From: an uncultured archaeon
GTDB taxonomy: Archaea > Altiarchaeota > Altiarchaeia > IMC4 > QMZM01
Direction: 5' to 3'
Length of the DNA: 64,000 bases
NCBI GenBank assembly: GCA_964549685.1
Contig: CAZJVE010000004.1
Span: 20,687 to 84,686, forward strand
Of this stretch, positions 16,666 to 26,965 are shown piece by piece. Each line of letters opens with the position of its first letter. Position 1 is the first letter of the stretch. The notes beneath the pieces were generated by a model. That model did not search any database, was not told the DNA's origin, and saw only the letters and a program-made list of their open reading frames with translations. The position numbers and the translations under genes are program-made.

Positions 16666-19128
16666 ATGGCAAAGAAATCAAAATCTAAAGACTTAGAAGC
16701 GCTGATACCTGCTTCCAGAGCTAAGAAAACAAAAAAAGTCAAGGAGTCCGAAGTAAAGGATTACGGAAAAGTCGCTGACATTTTGGATATGACAAAGGAC
16801 TATCTTGCAGAGGTAGAGACGGAAAAGCAGAAAGTAGGGGCGGAGATGAGGAAAATAATGAAGGAAAGAGGGGAACTGAGAGATGAATGGAAGAACATAA
16901 AAGAAACCAGGGAGGAGGTAGAAAAAGCCAAGGAAGATCTGGAGAATGTTCTGAAGACAAAGGCCAAGAAAGTGGCAAAGGCCCTGCCAAAGGCCGTGGC
17001 AAAAAGTCAGGCATTGAGCACGCTTATTCCTGTAACTGGCCCCAAAGAAGGCAAAGGACCAAAGGGCGATGCTGGAAGCCTTCTGGGATTGGCCAAGACG
17101 TACCTTGCAGAGGTTGAGAAGGAAACCCGTGAGATAGAGGTCATGAGGGGGGAGGTGGAGAAGGAGGCTGCCAAGGTCGAAAAGGAGTGGGATAAAATAC
17201 AGAAATCACGGGAAGATATAGAAAAGCTCTTAGAGAAGAAGGAGCAGGACGAGAAGGAGATAGACCGGCGCAGGATTGAGGTCGAGAAGGAATTCGCCAA
17301 GATAGCCAACGAATGGGAGAAGATAGAGGGGATTCAAAATGATACGGATTCCCACCGCGACAAGCTCGACCAGGAATTCATCAAGGTTGGGAAGGAATGG
17401 ACTGAAATCAGGAAGAACAAGGCTCACCTGGAGAAGGAGCTCCAGAAGAAGAACCTCGACATGGACGAGGTTGACAGGCAGAGGTCAGAAATCGACGGGG
17501 GCCTGAAAAAGATAGGCCACGAGTGGGGCAAGCTGGAGGAGACGAGGAATTCTATAGAGAAGCAATCAACCGAGCTGGATAGGGAATTCGGCAAGCTCAA
17601 GGAGGAATGGAGCAATCTCAGGAAAAGCCAGGCTGAACTGAGCGAGGCAATGAAGAAGAGCGAGGTCGACCAGGAGAAGATAGCTCATCAGAGAGAGATA
17701 ATCACGGAGGAGATGAAGAAGATAAACGGAGAATGGAGCAAGATAGACGAGGCTAGGAAAGAGATGGAAGAGCACCGAACCAGCATTGCCCATGACTTGA
17801 AGAAGATAGATGAAGGCAAGGCGGAGCTTGAGGAGTACATGAAGAACAGAGAGGCCAGTAACAAGGAACTCGAAGAACAAAAATCCTCCCTAAAATCCGA
17901 ACTCTCAAAAATCACCGAAGAATGGTCGCAATTGCGCGAGAATCAGGCAAAGCTGGAAGAAACCCTCAGCAGCACTTCCGAATTCAACAAGAACGTTGAG
18001 GAGCAGAAGAGGCACATAGAAAAAGAGCTGAGGAAGATAGACGACGAGTGGAGGAAGATAGACGAGATTAACAAGAGAAGAGAAATCGACAAGAGGGCAA
18101 TCGAGCAGCAGAATAAGGAGATAGAGGCCGGGCTGAGGAAGATGGGCGAGGAATGGAGCAGCATAGAGGAGCACAAGAAGAAGATTGAGGATGACCGGAA
18201 GACCGTTGACCTGGATCTGGCCAAGGTAAGAATAGAATGGGACAAGCTGAAGGACGGAGAGAAAGAGTTCGATGAGAGAATGGCCCAAATCGAGGAGGAA
18301 GACAGAAAGAGGGGTTCCGAGAGGGACGAACTCGTCAAGCTCAGAAGGAAAATCGACGAAGACCTTGGCAGGATAAAGCTGGAGTGGGACAGGATAGAAC
18401 TGACACAGAAGGACATACAAAGGGAAAGGGACGACATGACCGAGGAATTAAACAAGATAGAGTCCGAGTGGCAGAAGATTCAATCTGCAGAGGAGGACCT
18501 CAGCATAGAACTCGGCAAAGGAAAGATAGACCGGCAGATGGTAGAGAACATTATGAAGAAGATAGACCGGGAGTTCAAGAAGGTACACAAGGACCTGGCC
18601 AAGGCCAAGAAGGACAAAACCAGGATAGACAAGCAGAGAAAGGCCATCACTGGCGAACTGAAGAAGATTGCCGAGATATGTGAAGGGGTCGCAGAGGAGG
18701 GCGAGAAGGCCATAAAAAGAATTCCCAGGGAGATAAAGATTCCGCTACAACCAAGCAGGGATATGGAGCTTCTTGAAAAAGAGAGGGGCAAGCTAAAGGC
18801 CGAGTGGGACAGGATAGAGTCCGAGTGGGACAAGCTGGAGAGCGTCCTCTACGAGTCCGGCGTTGAGGAGATGATGCATGACGTGAAGCTCAAGCAGGCG
18901 GGGCTTGAGAAGGAGAAGAAGGAGATTCTTGCAAAGGAGGAGAGACTAAAGTCGTTCATCGAGGAGGACGAGTTCGAGATAGAGAAGAAAAAGAAGGAGC
19001 TTGAGCTACTGCTTCTGGAGGACGAAAAGAGGCTCAGGGAGAGGGAGAAGGAGTTGCTAAAGGAAGAAAAAAAGCTCAGGGGCAAATACTCGGACATGAG
19101 GCAACTCTTCAAAAAAGGAACAAGGTGA
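16666..19128 (+). CDS. 820-aa coiled-coil protein with Glu-Trp repeats, unknown function
   Basis: E/K-rich heptads with 15 EW motifs. No Walker motifs and no TM segment. Starts 2 bp after parA. Confidence 0.85.
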   Translation: MAKKSKSKDLEALIPASRAKKTKKVKESEVKDYGKVADILDMTKDYLAEVETEKQKVGAEMRKIMKERGELRDEWKNIKETREEVEKAKEDLENVLKTKAKKVAKALPKAVAKSQALSTLIPVTGPKEGKGPKGDAGSLLGLAKTYLAEVEKETREIEVMRGEVEKEAAKVEKEWDKIQKSREDIEKLLEKKEQDEKEIDRRRIEVEKEFAKIANEWEKIEGIQNDTDSHRDKLDQEFIKVGKEWTEIRKNKAHLEKELQKKNLDMDEVDRQRSEIDGGLKKIGHEWGKLEETRNSIEKQSTELDREFGKLKEEWSNLRKSQAELSEAMKKSEVDQEKIAHQREIITEEMKKINGEWSKIDEARKEMEEHRTSIAHDLKKIDEGKAELEEYMKNREASNKELEEQKSSLKSELSKITEEWSQLRENQAKLEETLSSTSEFNKNVEEQKRHIEKELRKIDDEWRKIDEINKRREIDKRAIEQQNKEIEAGLRKMGEEWSSIEEHKKKIEDDRKTVDLDLAKVRIEWDKLKDGEKEFDERMAQIEEEDRKRGSERDELVKLRRKIDEDLGRIKLEWDRIELTQKDIQRERDDMTEELNKIESEWQKIQSAEEDLSIELGKGKIDRQMVENIMKKIDREFKKVHKDLAKAKKDKTRIDKQRKAITGELKKIAEICEGVAEEGEKAIKRIPREIKIPLQPSRDMELLEKERGKLKAEWDRIESEWDKLESVLYESGVEEMMHDVKLKQAGLEKEKKEILAKEERLKSFIEEDEFEIEKKKKELELLLLEDEKRLREREKELLKEEKKLRGKYSDMRQLFKKGTR

Positions 19129-19129
19129 G

Positions 19130-19372
19130 ATGGTCGAAGAACTGAAGAAAAAAATCGATGAGACGAAGGCAGAGGTCCAGGAGAGCTGGAGGCGAATCGA
19201 TGAGCTCGGGAAGGGAACACCGCAATCACTGCCAAAGCCCAAGGAGCAAAAGAAGCTCGAGGACAAGAGCAACGTAAGCCCGCTGAAGAGGGCGATGACA
19301 AAGGTGGGCCTCAAGAAAGACGGAGATAAGGAAGGCGGCGACTGGACCAGGGTGAAGAGTAACATTGACTGA
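19130..19372 (+). CDS. Small protein with a short coiled coil
   Basis: Starts 1 bp after the upstream stop with AGGTGA SD. VQESWRRIDE resembles the upstream EWxxI repeat. Confidence 0.6.
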   Translation: MVEELKKKIDETKAEVQESWRRIDELGKGTPQSLPKPKEQKKLEDKSNVSPLKRAMTKVGLKKDGDKEGGDWTRVKSNID

Positions 19373-19408
19373 TTGCTTTTTTACCCCCTAAATCTACTAT
19401 CTAATCCT

Positions 19409-20532
<1,124 letters not shown>

Positions 20533-20559
20533 ATAAGCAATCGAATAAATAACTGCAAA

Positions 20560-21069
20560 ATGGAAAGAGTCAATCTAGGCATCGTTGCCTCAGAATTCAA
20601 CTACGACATAACTTATGCCATGGTGCAGCTTGCAATGGAGCACGCAAGGTTTCTCGGAGCAGAAGTCGTTAAGATAATAAAGGTTCCCGGCGTCTTTGAC
20701 ACGCCGCTCGCAGTCAAAAAGCTGATGCAGATGCCGGACATAGACTGCGCAGTCGTTCTCGGTGCAGTAATAGAAGGGCAGACAGAACACGACGAAATCG
20801 TTGCCCAGCACGCATCCAGAAAGATTGCAGACCTCGCGCTTGACTACGGCAAGCCGGTCGGTCTCGGAATCTCAGGCCCTGGGATGAGCAGGCTCGAGGC
20901 ACATAAGAGGGTGGAATACGCCCGGCGCGCAGTAGAAGCAGCGGTAAAGATGTGCAGGGCCCTCGGCGACAGCGAAACAGGAGAAACGCACCTCAGTAGC
21001 GTAGGCGGCTTTGAAGACTCCGATTCTGAGACAAGTTCCGTCTTCAAGGACTTTATGGAGATGGGCTAG
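20560..21069 (+). CDS. ribH: 6,7-dimethyl-8-ribityllumazine synthase with C-terminal extension
   Basis: GIVASEFN, VPGVFDTP, LGAVIEGQTEHD, KPVGLGISGPG. Confidence 0.95.
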   Translation: MERVNLGIVASEFNYDITYAMVQLAMEHARFLGAEVVKIIKVPGVFDTPLAVKKLMQMPDIDCAVVLGAVIEGQTEHDEIVAQHASRKIADLALDYGKPVGLGISGPGMSRLEAHKRVEYARRAVEAAVKMCRALGDSETGETHLSSVGGFEDSDSETSSVFKDFMEMG

Positions 21070-21404
21070 TAAAGCTTCAGCTCCCCAGTAACCTTATCTA
21101 TTTCTTCCTCTGGAGCAGGACCTATCCCGACACAAGTCTTCGTCCCTGCCGGAATCTCCGTCTTCCCTTGATCCTGAATCAGATCGGTCGGCAGGCCCGA
21201 ATCCTTCGCATCCATAAAAACCTCAATCAGCTCCTTCTCGTTCTCCACCTTCAGCACGGACTTCTTCTGCCCCTGCCTGAGCCAGTCTTTTTTCCACTCA
21301 CTCTTGTCTGCTGCAGAAACGGAGGCATGAGCCACCTGTGCAGACAGCTTCCCCTTGCTCAGATTCAAGTCCTTCCTTGCCACAATGACCTGCTTCAGCT
21401 CCAT
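21066..21404 (-). CDS. pth2: Peptidyl-tRNA hydrolase Pth2
   Basis: KQVIVARKDL, GKLSAQVAHA, DQGKTEI, GIGP, IDKVTGELKL. Confidence 0.95.
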   Translation of the reverse strand: MELKQVIVARKDLNLSKGKLSAQVAHASVSAADKSEWKKDWLRQGQKKSVLKVENEKELIEVFMDAKDSGLPTDLIQDQGKTEIPAGTKTCVGIGPAPEEEIDKVTGELKLY

Positions 21405-21434
21405 TAGTTAAATATTCCATTCCAATAGTTTAAT

Positions 21435-22394
21435 ATGTCGAAGGAGTTATGGGTGAGGGCAGACGGCACCGATTCCTGGGAGGAGAGAAAAGAACTCGTA
21501 AAGACGGCGCTGGAGAGCGGAGCCCAGGCAGTTCTTGTTAATGCAGGCGAGGAGAAGCTTGTAAGGGAACTGGGAAAGATAAAGGTAGTTTCAGATGGGG
21601 GAGATTCAGACATATTTCTTACTAATGATATTAAAAAAATAAAAAAATCCACTGCGTTCTACTGTGAGATTAAGAGCAAGGAGGACGAGCGCCTCATAGC
21701 CGAGGCGGGCAAAGCCGCGGCTTATGTCATAATCAATGCCAAGGACTGGAAGGTCATTCCCCTCGAGAACCTGATTGCCGAGCTGAAGGGCAAGTGCAGT
21801 ATTCTGGCCGAGGCAGGCACAGAAAACGAGGCCCGCCTGGCCCTGGAAACCCTTGAGATAGGCACCGATGGAGTTCTTGCCAGCGCAGATTTCCAGGAAG
21901 TCAGGAAGATAAAGAACCTCATAGACTCCCTTTCGGCTGAGAAGCTGCAGCTGAGGACAGTGAAGGTCACTGCCGCTGAGCCGTCGGGAGAGCACGACAG
22001 CGCGTCCATCGACACCTGCTCAATCCTTAACCTCGGCGAAGGCCTTCTGGCAGATAACATCCTAGTCCACTCAGACACGGAGAAAATCCCCTGGATGGAA
22101 CCGACGCCGTTCAGGATAAATTTAGGTATTAATTCGAAAATTAAAATTCCTGATGGAATTAAATCAGTGAAGGAATTAAAGCCAGGAGACGAAATTCTTT
22201 CTGCTAATTTCGAGGGCAGGACACGGAGGCTCGTAGTCAATGAAATAATCTCCTCAAAGAAGAAGATGCTGAAGGTCAGCGCCGATAAATCCGAGCTAGT
22301 TATCCCAGACGACTCGGCCCTTGTTGGAAGAAAAGGGAAAAAGATTCCCGCCGGAAAACTGAAGCCCGGAGATGAGATATCTATTTCTCAATAA
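21435..22394 (+). CDS. 3-dehydroquinate synthase II family: intact N-terminal domain, degenerate C-terminal domain
   Basis: TALESG, DWKVIPLENLIA and ALETLEIGTDGVL are conserved. The C-terminal half is eroded (DSASIDTCS, PTPFRINLG; no LQNAETIRL or RHFG). Confidence 0.85.
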   Translation: MSKELWVRADGTDSWEERKELVKTALESGAQAVLVNAGEEKLVRELGKIKVVSDGGDSDIFLTNDIKKIKKSTAFYCEIKSKEDERLIAEAGKAAAYVIINAKDWKVIPLENLIAELKGKCSILAEAGTENEARLALETLEIGTDGVLASADFQEVRKIKNLIDSLSAEKLQLRTVKVTAAEPSGEHDSASIDTCSILNLGEGLLADNILVHSDTEKIPWMEPTPFRINLGINSKIKIPDGIKSVKELKPGDEILSANFEGRTRRLVVNEIISSKKKMLKVSADKSELVIPDDSALVGRKGKKIPAGKLKPGDEISISQ

Positions 22395-22929
22395 TCGTCT
22401 CTTCGACGGCCATTCCGAAGTGCCGGCCCATTCCTTCTTTATCCACCAGGGCAAGAACCTTATCTCCAGATTTCAGATTGACCACCGAGACCGCTTTGCC
22501 ATCCTCCGTCACGAGCCTGATTGTCTCGGCATTCTGCAGGAATGAATGGAATTCCACCTCCCCGCACTTCGCCTCAACAAGGAGAAACGGCCTCGTTTCT
22601 ATCTTCGACCTGACCACCTTCACCTCTCTTTCCTTCCCTTTGGAATCCACCGCGAGGAGGGGGTCGCCGCCCTTAAGCTCGACCAGGTAGCGCGTCTTCC
22701 CTCCTGGGACTAGGACATAGGCAGATACAGGCCCTGCATTTACTCTGAATGGCCTAGTCTCAACATACGGATTCTCAACAGTTTCAGAATGAATGAGAAA
22801 CATACCTCTCGACAGAGAGCCGATAAGCATACCCTCGCCCAGCTTCAGCTCGGTGTCGGTGTCTATACAGACCCTGTCCCCCGAGCCGACCTCTTCAATC
22901 TTCGTTATCTCAACAAGAGAGAGTTCCAT
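22381..22929 (-). CDS. Stand-alone C-terminal domain of 3-dehydroquinate synthase II
   Basis: GDRVCIDT, GEGMLIGS, HSETVENPYVETRPFRVNAG, LQNAETIRLV, RHFGMAVEETIIEK. No N-terminal domain. Confidence 0.9.
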   Translation of the reverse strand: MELSLVEITKIEEVGSGDRVCIDTDTELKLGEGMLIGSLSRGMFLIHSETVENPYVETRPFRVNAGPVSAYVLVPGGKTRYLVELKGGDPLLAVDSKGKEREVKVVRSKIETRPFLLVEAKCGEVEFHSFLQNAETIRLVTEDGKAVSVVNLKSGDKVLALVDKEGMGRHFGMAVEETIIEK

Positions 22930-22932
22930 ACT

Positions 22933-23802
22933 TTATCCTCTGGAAACGTAGTAGATTCCAGACAGGGTGACGATGACAACCAAGATGAGACCAATCCATA
23001 GCGTGGAATCATCTCCTGCTGCCTGCGGTACGGTCGTCCCTGTCCCAGACACGGTCGTCTCCGTCCCAGGCACTGTTGTAATTTCCTCGCCACCTTCATA
23101 ACCTGATAGCGTGTCCCTCAGACCCTCGACCTCGCCAAGGGCGCCGCCGGACGGGTCCGAGTCTGTAAGCCTCATATCAAGGTCCGAGAGCATCCACTCT
23201 ATCTTCTGGATGGACGCATCCAGTGCATCAGAATCCTCCGTGCTGTTCTTCAGGTTCGAGAATTCCTCCTTGAGTTTGTCGAATTCCTCCTTGAGGGACT
23301 CCCTGCTTCTCCCTGACTGGTTCAGCTTCTTACCTATGCTGTTCAGCTTTGTTATAACGTCCCTTATCTCATCGGAGCACTCTGTTATTGCACCGCCGTA
23401 ATCAGAACTTTTCACGCAGCCCACTTCTGCTTCCCACTCCATGCCTATGGGGCAAACGCACGCTGAATCATCCTTCACCCACTCACCCTCTTTTATTCTG
23501 CACCAGTTCGTGCAGCCCTCGTCTCCCTCACCAAGGCAGTCGCAGCCAAGGCCTTCCCATATCTCTTCCTCAGCAGAATATCGCAGGCACGCCCACTGAC
23601 AAACAGTTCTGTTCTCCTCCGCAAGGCCGACCATGTACCAGGTGCCGTTGGGCATCGGGTTTCGATGTCTGTCATCCCCTGCAAAGTAGTACTTACACTC
23701 CCCTGTTTCAGGGCTTGCTATGTGTGTTGGAGGCAGGTATCCGGCAGCAGCCCCCATAACTATAAACATCCCAACAATAACCAAAATATTTTTAGTTTTC
23801 AT
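22933..23802 (-). CDS. Secreted Cys-rich protein with helical stalk and C-terminal TM anchor
   Basis: Signal peptide, Cys-rich N-terminal half, helical segment, GT(E/G)TTV repeats, C-terminal hydrophobic helix. Confidence 0.75.
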   Translation of the reverse strand: MKTKNILVIVGMFIVMGAAAGYLPPTHIASPETGECKYYFAGDDRHRNPMPNGTWYMVGLAEENRTVCQWACLRYSAEEEIWEGLGCDCLGEGDEGCTNWCRIKEGEWVKDDSACVCPIGMEWEAEVGCVKSSDYGGAITECSDEIRDVITKLNSIGKKLNQSGRSRESLKEEFDKLKEEFSNLKNSTEDSDALDASIQKIEWMLSDLDMRLTDSDPSGGALGEVEGLRDTLSGYEGGEEITTVPGTETTVSGTGTTVPQAAGDDSTLWIGLILVVIVTLSGIYYVSRG

Positions 23803-23893
23803 TTTAACTATAACTATTAGGATTAAGCTTTTTTATTTATTTAACAGGATTAAGCCCTTATTTATTTAACCTGAATCCATTATAGAGACTAAT

Positions 23894-24250
23894 ATGTTTA
23901 GAGGCAAAACAAAGAAGTCCAGGAACTGGAGAAGGTACGAGGCAGGCAGAGTGTCTTCCGACACCACTGTAGGGGAGAGGAAGGCAAAGAACATAAGGGT
24001 CAGGGGGGGGAAGGAGAAGGTAAGACTCGTTGCCGATAATTATGCTCATGTAATCATCGACAAGAAGCCCGTGAAATGCGAAATTCTGTCGGTTGCCGAG
24101 AATTCTGCCAACAAGGACTTCACTCGGAGGAACATAATCACGAAGGGAGCAATTCTGAAGGCAAAGACACCTGAAGGGAAGGAGATTCAGATAAAGGTCA
24201 CCTCGAGGCCGGGACAGGACGGCCTGCTAAACGCAGTTTCTCTTTTGTGA
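23894..24250 (+). CDS. rps8e: 30S ribosomal protein S8e
   Basis: RVRGGKEKVR, ENSANKDFTRRNIITKGA, VTSRPGQDGLLNA. Confidence 0.95.
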   Translation: MFRGKTKKSRNWRRYEAGRVSSDTTVGERKAKNIRVRGGKEKVRLVADNYAHVIIDKKPVKCEILSVAENSANKDFTRRNIITKGAILKAKTPEGKEIQIKVTSRPGQDGLLNAVSLL

Positions 24251-24329
24251 GCGTCTGGTTAGCATATGCTAAAGCCAGACCAATAGTTAACTAATACTAA
24301 ATTTATTACGCTAACAACCTTACACGAAA

Positions 24330-25817
24330 ATGGCGAGGAAAATAAAGGTATTCGACACGACGCTGAGGGACGGAGAACAAACTCCCGGAGTGGCACTGAC
24401 CATAGACAACAAGATTCAGATAGCCCAGGCCCTGGCCGAAATGGGAGTCGACATAATCGAGGCCGGCTTTCCCATGAACTCGGAGCTTGAATTTCAAGCT
24501 GTCAAGAAAATTGCAAAGGAAATCGACACGACGGTATGCGGGCTTGCAAGAGCGCTGCAGTCTGACATAGACTCGTGCATTAAAGCCGATGTAAATCTTG
24601 TCCATACATTCATCTCAACCTCGCCGCAGCATCTGAAGTATCAGATGAACAAAAGTGAGGATGAAGTCTATGAAATGGCGGTAAAGGCAGTGGAATATGT
24701 CGTCGACCACGGCCTGCCGTGCCTTTTCTCTCCGATGGATGCAAGCAGAAGCGACCTCCCCTACCTGATAAGGGTATGCAAGGGCGTGGAAGAAGCAGGA
24801 GCGGAGGTAATAAACGTTCCCGATACCGTGGGAGTGATGTATCCTTCCCAAATGAAGGAATTCATTGCGAAGATTCGCAAGGAAATCAAAATCGACCTGG
24901 ACGTCCACTGCCACAACGACTTCGGGATGGCGGTGGCCAACACCCTTGCAGCAGTCGAGGCGGGCTGTAACCAGGTTCAAGTCGCAGTAAACGGCCTCGG
25001 GGAGAGGGCAGGAAACGCGGACCTAGAGCAAGTCATTATGGCACTGGAGGTTCTCTACAAGACAAAGACCAACATAAAGACCGGGAACATATACCGGACG
25101 AGCAAGCTTGTTGAAAGGCTGACTGGCGTGAGAGTGATGCCCAACTTCCCGATAGTCGGGGAGAACGCATTTGCCCATGAGTCAGGAATTCATGTTCATG
25201 CAATCCTGAAGAAGGCCGAGACCTTTGAGCCCCTGAAGCCAGAGATGGTCGGCGCAAGGAGAAGGTTCGTCATTGGAAAGCACGTTGGAGTCCATGGTAT
25301 AGACGCGAAGCTGAAGGAGATTAACCTGGAGGTCAACAAGGAGCAGCTGAAGGACATAACTCAGAAGGTCAAAGATTTGGGCAGCATGGGCAAGAAGGTA
25401 TTCGAAGAGGACCTTGTTGCAATAGCGGAGGATGTCATAGGCAAGGTCCCGGACAAGGACGTCATAGTCGAGCTGAAGGACATGAAGCTGAGCGCAGAAC
25501 TCGGAAAGGAGCCCGTAGCAACGGTGGTACTCAGTGTAAGGGGCAAGGAGAAGAAGGCCACCGAGGAGGGCGTAGGCCCTGTAGATGCAACCCTGAGCGC
25601 AATCAGAAGTGCAGTCGGCGAGAAGAACATAACTCTGGATGAATTCCACCTTGACGCAATCACGGGGGGTTCTGACGCCCTTGCTGATGTGACTATAAAG
25701 GTATCCGACGGAAAGAAGACGACCATGGCGAGAGGAGTCCATGAAGACGTGGTCATGGCCGCGGTCATAGCCTTCATAAACGGCCTGAACAGGATTCTGA
25801 GACTAGAATCTAAATAG
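24330..25817 (+). CDS. leuA: 2-isopropylmalate synthase (LeuA/CimA family)
   Basis: DTTLRDGEQ, HCHNDFG, GERAGNA, FAHESGIH, C-terminal regulatory domain (GVGPVDA). CimA specificity cannot be excluded. Confidence 0.85.
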   Translation: MARKIKVFDTTLRDGEQTPGVALTIDNKIQIAQALAEMGVDIIEAGFPMNSELEFQAVKKIAKEIDTTVCGLARALQSDIDSCIKADVNLVHTFISTSPQHLKYQMNKSEDEVYEMAVKAVEYVVDHGLPCLFSPMDASRSDLPYLIRVCKGVEEAGAEVINVPDTVGVMYPSQMKEFIAKIRKEIKIDLDVHCHNDFGMAVANTLAAVEAGCNQVQVAVNGLGERAGNADLEQVIMALEVLYKTKTNIKTGNIYRTSKLVERLTGVRVMPNFPIVGENAFAHESGIHVHAILKKAETFEPLKPEMVGARRRFVIGKHVGVHGIDAKLKEINLEVNKEQLKDITQKVKDLGSMGKKVFEEDLVAIAEDVIGKVPDKDVIVELKDMKLSAELGKEPVATVVLSVRGKEKKATEEGVGPVDATLSAIRSAVGEKNITLDEFHLDAITGGSDALADVTIKVSDGKKTTMARGVHEDVVMAAVIAFINGLNRILRLESK

Positions 25818-25864
25818 TATATATAGTCCCCCGATTTATAACTTCTTATCTATATCGATAAGAG

Positions 25865-26947
25865 TTGGACACCAAAAATATACAAAAAGTTCTGCTGCTC
25901 TTCCTCCTTGTTTATGTATTTCTTGTCAGCATAAAGCTGATGGGCGCATCCTTCCAGCTATTTGGCAAGGACTTCGCCGAATTTCTCATTGCAACCACCT
26001 CAGACCCGCTAACCGGCCTGCTTATCGGCATTGCTGCAACCTCGATAATCCAGAGTTCCTCTACTACGACATCAATCGTCGTCGGGTTGGTTGCAGGGGG
26101 AGGCCTTCCACTGAGTGGTGCAATCCCCATCATAATGGGCGCCAACATCGGGACAACGGTAACCAACATAATCGTCTCCATGATGCACGTCACAAGAAAG
26201 CAAGAGTTCGAGAGGGCATTCTCCGGAGCGGTTGTCCACGACTTCTTCAATGTCTTTGCGGTAATACTCCTCTTCCCACTCGAGATGGCTACCCACATCC
26301 TGGAGAATTCCGCAACATTCCTTTCGAATGCATTTGTTGGGGTGGGCGGGATGACCTTTATGGGGCCGCTGGACTATCTTGTGAAGCCCGTTGTTGAATC
26401 CATAGAGGACCTGACAGGCAGTTCACCCGATATAATGCTTGTCCTGTCTCTAATCATGCTATTCCTCGCCCTGAAGTTTATGGTCGATACATCCCGCTCC
26501 CTGATGATGACCAAGTTCGAGGTGCTGATTGACCAGTACCTCTTCAGGAATGCCTCCACGGCGTTCGTTCTTGGGATAATTCTCACTGCCCTGGTGCAAA
26601 GCAGTTCCGTAACCACATCGATAATAATCCCTCTCGTAGGGGCCGGGCTTCTCACCGTCAGGAAGATATTCCCCTACACCCTCGGAGCAAACATAGGGAC
26701 TACGATAACTGCCATACTGGCTGCTCTTATCACCATGAACCCCATAGCCATCACGGTCGCCTTCAGCCACCTCCTCTTTAACATATTTGGAATAGTGCTA
26801 ATCTATCCCCTTAGGGAGATACCCATACGACTCGCTATTGGTTTTGCAAAAATAGTAGCAAAGTCAAAGAAACACGCAATCCTCGTCTTGGCCATATACT
26901 TTTCACTTTTCGCTATCCCCTTGATTTTTATCCTTGCATTTAAATAA
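25865..26947 (+). CDS. Na+/Pi cotransporter (NptA/SLC34 family)
   Basis: Two QSSS motifs, two GANIGTT motifs, AVVHDFFN. TTG start. Confidence 0.92.
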   Translation: MDTKNIQKVLLLFLLVYVFLVSIKLMGASFQLFGKDFAEFLIATTSDPLTGLLIGIAATSIIQSSSTTTSIVVGLVAGGGLPLSGAIPIIMGANIGTTVTNIIVSMMHVTRKQEFERAFSGAVVHDFFNVFAVILLFPLEMATHILENSATFLSNAFVGVGGMTFMGPLDYLVKPVVESIEDLTGSSPDIMLVLSLIMLFLALKFMVDTSRSLMMTKFEVLIDQYLFRNASTAFVLGIILTALVQSSSVTTSIIIPLVGAGLLTVRKIFPYTLGANIGTTITAILAALITMNPIAITVAFSHLLFNIFGIVLIYPLREIPIRLAIGFAKIVAKSKKHAILVLAIYFSLFAIPLIFILAFK

Positions 26948-26965
26948 ATATGTTGCGTGGTGTAA

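Noticed and set aside
16666-19128. SMC/Rad50 or gas-vesicle GvpC identity for the coiled coil
   Set aside because: No Walker motifs, hinge or zinc hook, and no gvpA or other gvp genes.
21950-22929. Invertible (shufflon-like) switch regenerating full-length DHQS II
   Set aside because: The two C-domains are inverted homologs, but I see no nucleotide-level inverted repeats or recombinase, and the short gene has its own coupled start.
23894-24250. Slightly short S8e N-terminus
   Set aside because: Core motifs are intact; this looks like ordinary variation.
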